Part shown: in pieces, positions 62,574 to 64,000 of the stretch | Layout of the letters: each line of letters starts with the position of its first letter | How positions within the stretch are numbered: the stretch's first letter is position 1 | Assembly (NCBI RefSeq): GCF_964355755.1 | Contig: NC_092675.1 | Coordinates: 22,416,912 to 22,480,911 of the forward strand | Origin: Antedon mediterranea | Lineage: Eukaryota; Animalia; Echinodermata | DNA: 64,000 nt | Direction: 5' to 3' | The notes under the pieces: model-generated | The model's database searches: none | Seen by the model: the letters and a program-made list of their open reading frames with translations, nothing else | Told to the model about the DNA's origin: nothing | Translations under genes and position numbers: made by a program

Positions 62574-64000
62574 TCAATAACAAGGGTATTTTTGTTTTGT
62601 TTTCTGAATTCCAACGCCATTCACATCGGTAAAAAATCACGTCATGGAACTTACCGAGTTATACTGCTCGTACAGTATGCAATATTCTAAAATATATAAT
62701 TGAATCAATTTTGTTACTGCCATAACATTGATCTACAAAATAAAAATGTTATAATGCTGGGGAATAATTTCCATAAAAGAAAGATTTATGAGGGCGTTCT
62801 TCAGAGTCAGTCAAGTAATAATTACAAAAACTATTTGTATTTACAATATAGGTCTAAAGTTATAGATTATACATAATAGCATGTAATTTATATCAGAGAA
62901 TACTAGGTTAAATTGATTTTATACCAAATTATAACTCGGACTTCAGTCACAGAGTACTGGAATAATGTTCATATTAAATTACGGTACTTAATTAGAAACA
63001 GTTCTATTTACTAAAAAAAAGAGTTTGCGTCTTTGATGGTTAGTTAGCTTAAATTCTGTCTACACTATCAAACAAGTTTGATGTGATGTACCCAAATATG
63101 TAGTGATATTCCTAAATATGGTAGTGATATGACATCATCATGTTTATATATGGGCACATCACATATTTTTGTCACATAAAGTTTGATAGTGTAGACAATG
63201 CTTTACAGCTCGCAAAATTAGTTTTAAATAATTTTTTTTAATGTATATCATATCGTTGACAAGCTATTCAAATGTATTCCTTTTTAAAAATGTATTTTGA
63301 TTTTCGGATACAGATACTGCCAATTTATTTATTATTATTTTACTATTATTACCAGCCATAGGCCTATAATAATGAAGTGCAAACTACAAAAAATACTAAA
63401 AGGTAAATACAGTACACCAGCAGTAAGACTTCATCTACTGCAGATTTCCTTATTCGTTTCAGTTAGCAGAGAACGCATTAACTGTCTCTAAGGCGAAGGC
63501 TTCTTTTCACGAATCATTAATAATACAATTATTGAATTATCTATTCGCTAAGTCCATTCTAATGTAATTATACTGAAGAGGTTCTGTCTCATTCCCTTGA
63601 AAAATTCATCTGTTCGGCGGACGAGTTGATAACCAAATCGAATAAACCGCATAATATGCTTTTATTGAATTTACTCACGTGAATTTAATTTGCAAAATGA
63701 ATAAAAATATTTCCGTGATTGTATGTGTACAGGGCGTATATGTTTTGCTATATTTAGACGTCTGCTGCTTACGTACCTTTTAAGTAATTGTTGAATGTAT
63801 AGGCATACGCCTAAGCTAGACGCATGCGTTTAAAGTTATTAAGTACGAAACAGGTTTTGGTTTTTGGTCACTAACCTATAACATGTTGTACAGTTGCTAT
63901 CTAGCATCAATTGATACTTTACGTTTGTCTTAGACAGTGTATTCATAATGATTAAACTTATAAAACAAACACGGAGAACAAAATAAACGTATAGGCAAAG

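Overview
AT-rich, intron-rich animal genomic DNA. The repeat families and gene style suggest a marine invertebrate such as an echinoderm, but that is inference only. It is not prokaryotic, and I found no CRISPR, rRNA or tRNA. Main content: (1) A minus-strand tandem array of five paralogous four-TM MS4A/CD20-like genes, A to E (1-34608). D and E are intact, B has a premature stop in its tail, and A and C carry frameshifts. Extracellular loops are hypervariable and the Gln-rich cytoplasmic tail varies by repeat number. (2) ATP synthase F1 delta (ATP5F1D, 37740-39908, minus). (3) An intronless tandem death-effector-domain-like ORF (42342-43088, plus), directly upstream of and possibly nested in a divergent ZYG11/ZER1-like ARM-repeat gene (43960-47606, plus) whose Gly/N-degron pocket motifs are substituted. 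(4) The cytochrome bc1 hinge gene UQCRH (48668-50992, minus). (5) A patchwork rearrangement: about 5 kb of 54456-59972 is present inverted at 14617-22174, abutting a 1.04-kb direct copy of 23655-24693, upstream of the first coding exon of copy C. (6) Many MITEs, HINE-like elements, LINE/SINE relics and minisatellites. Gene models were assembled by eye from GT-AG sites and recalled homology; no database search was run.
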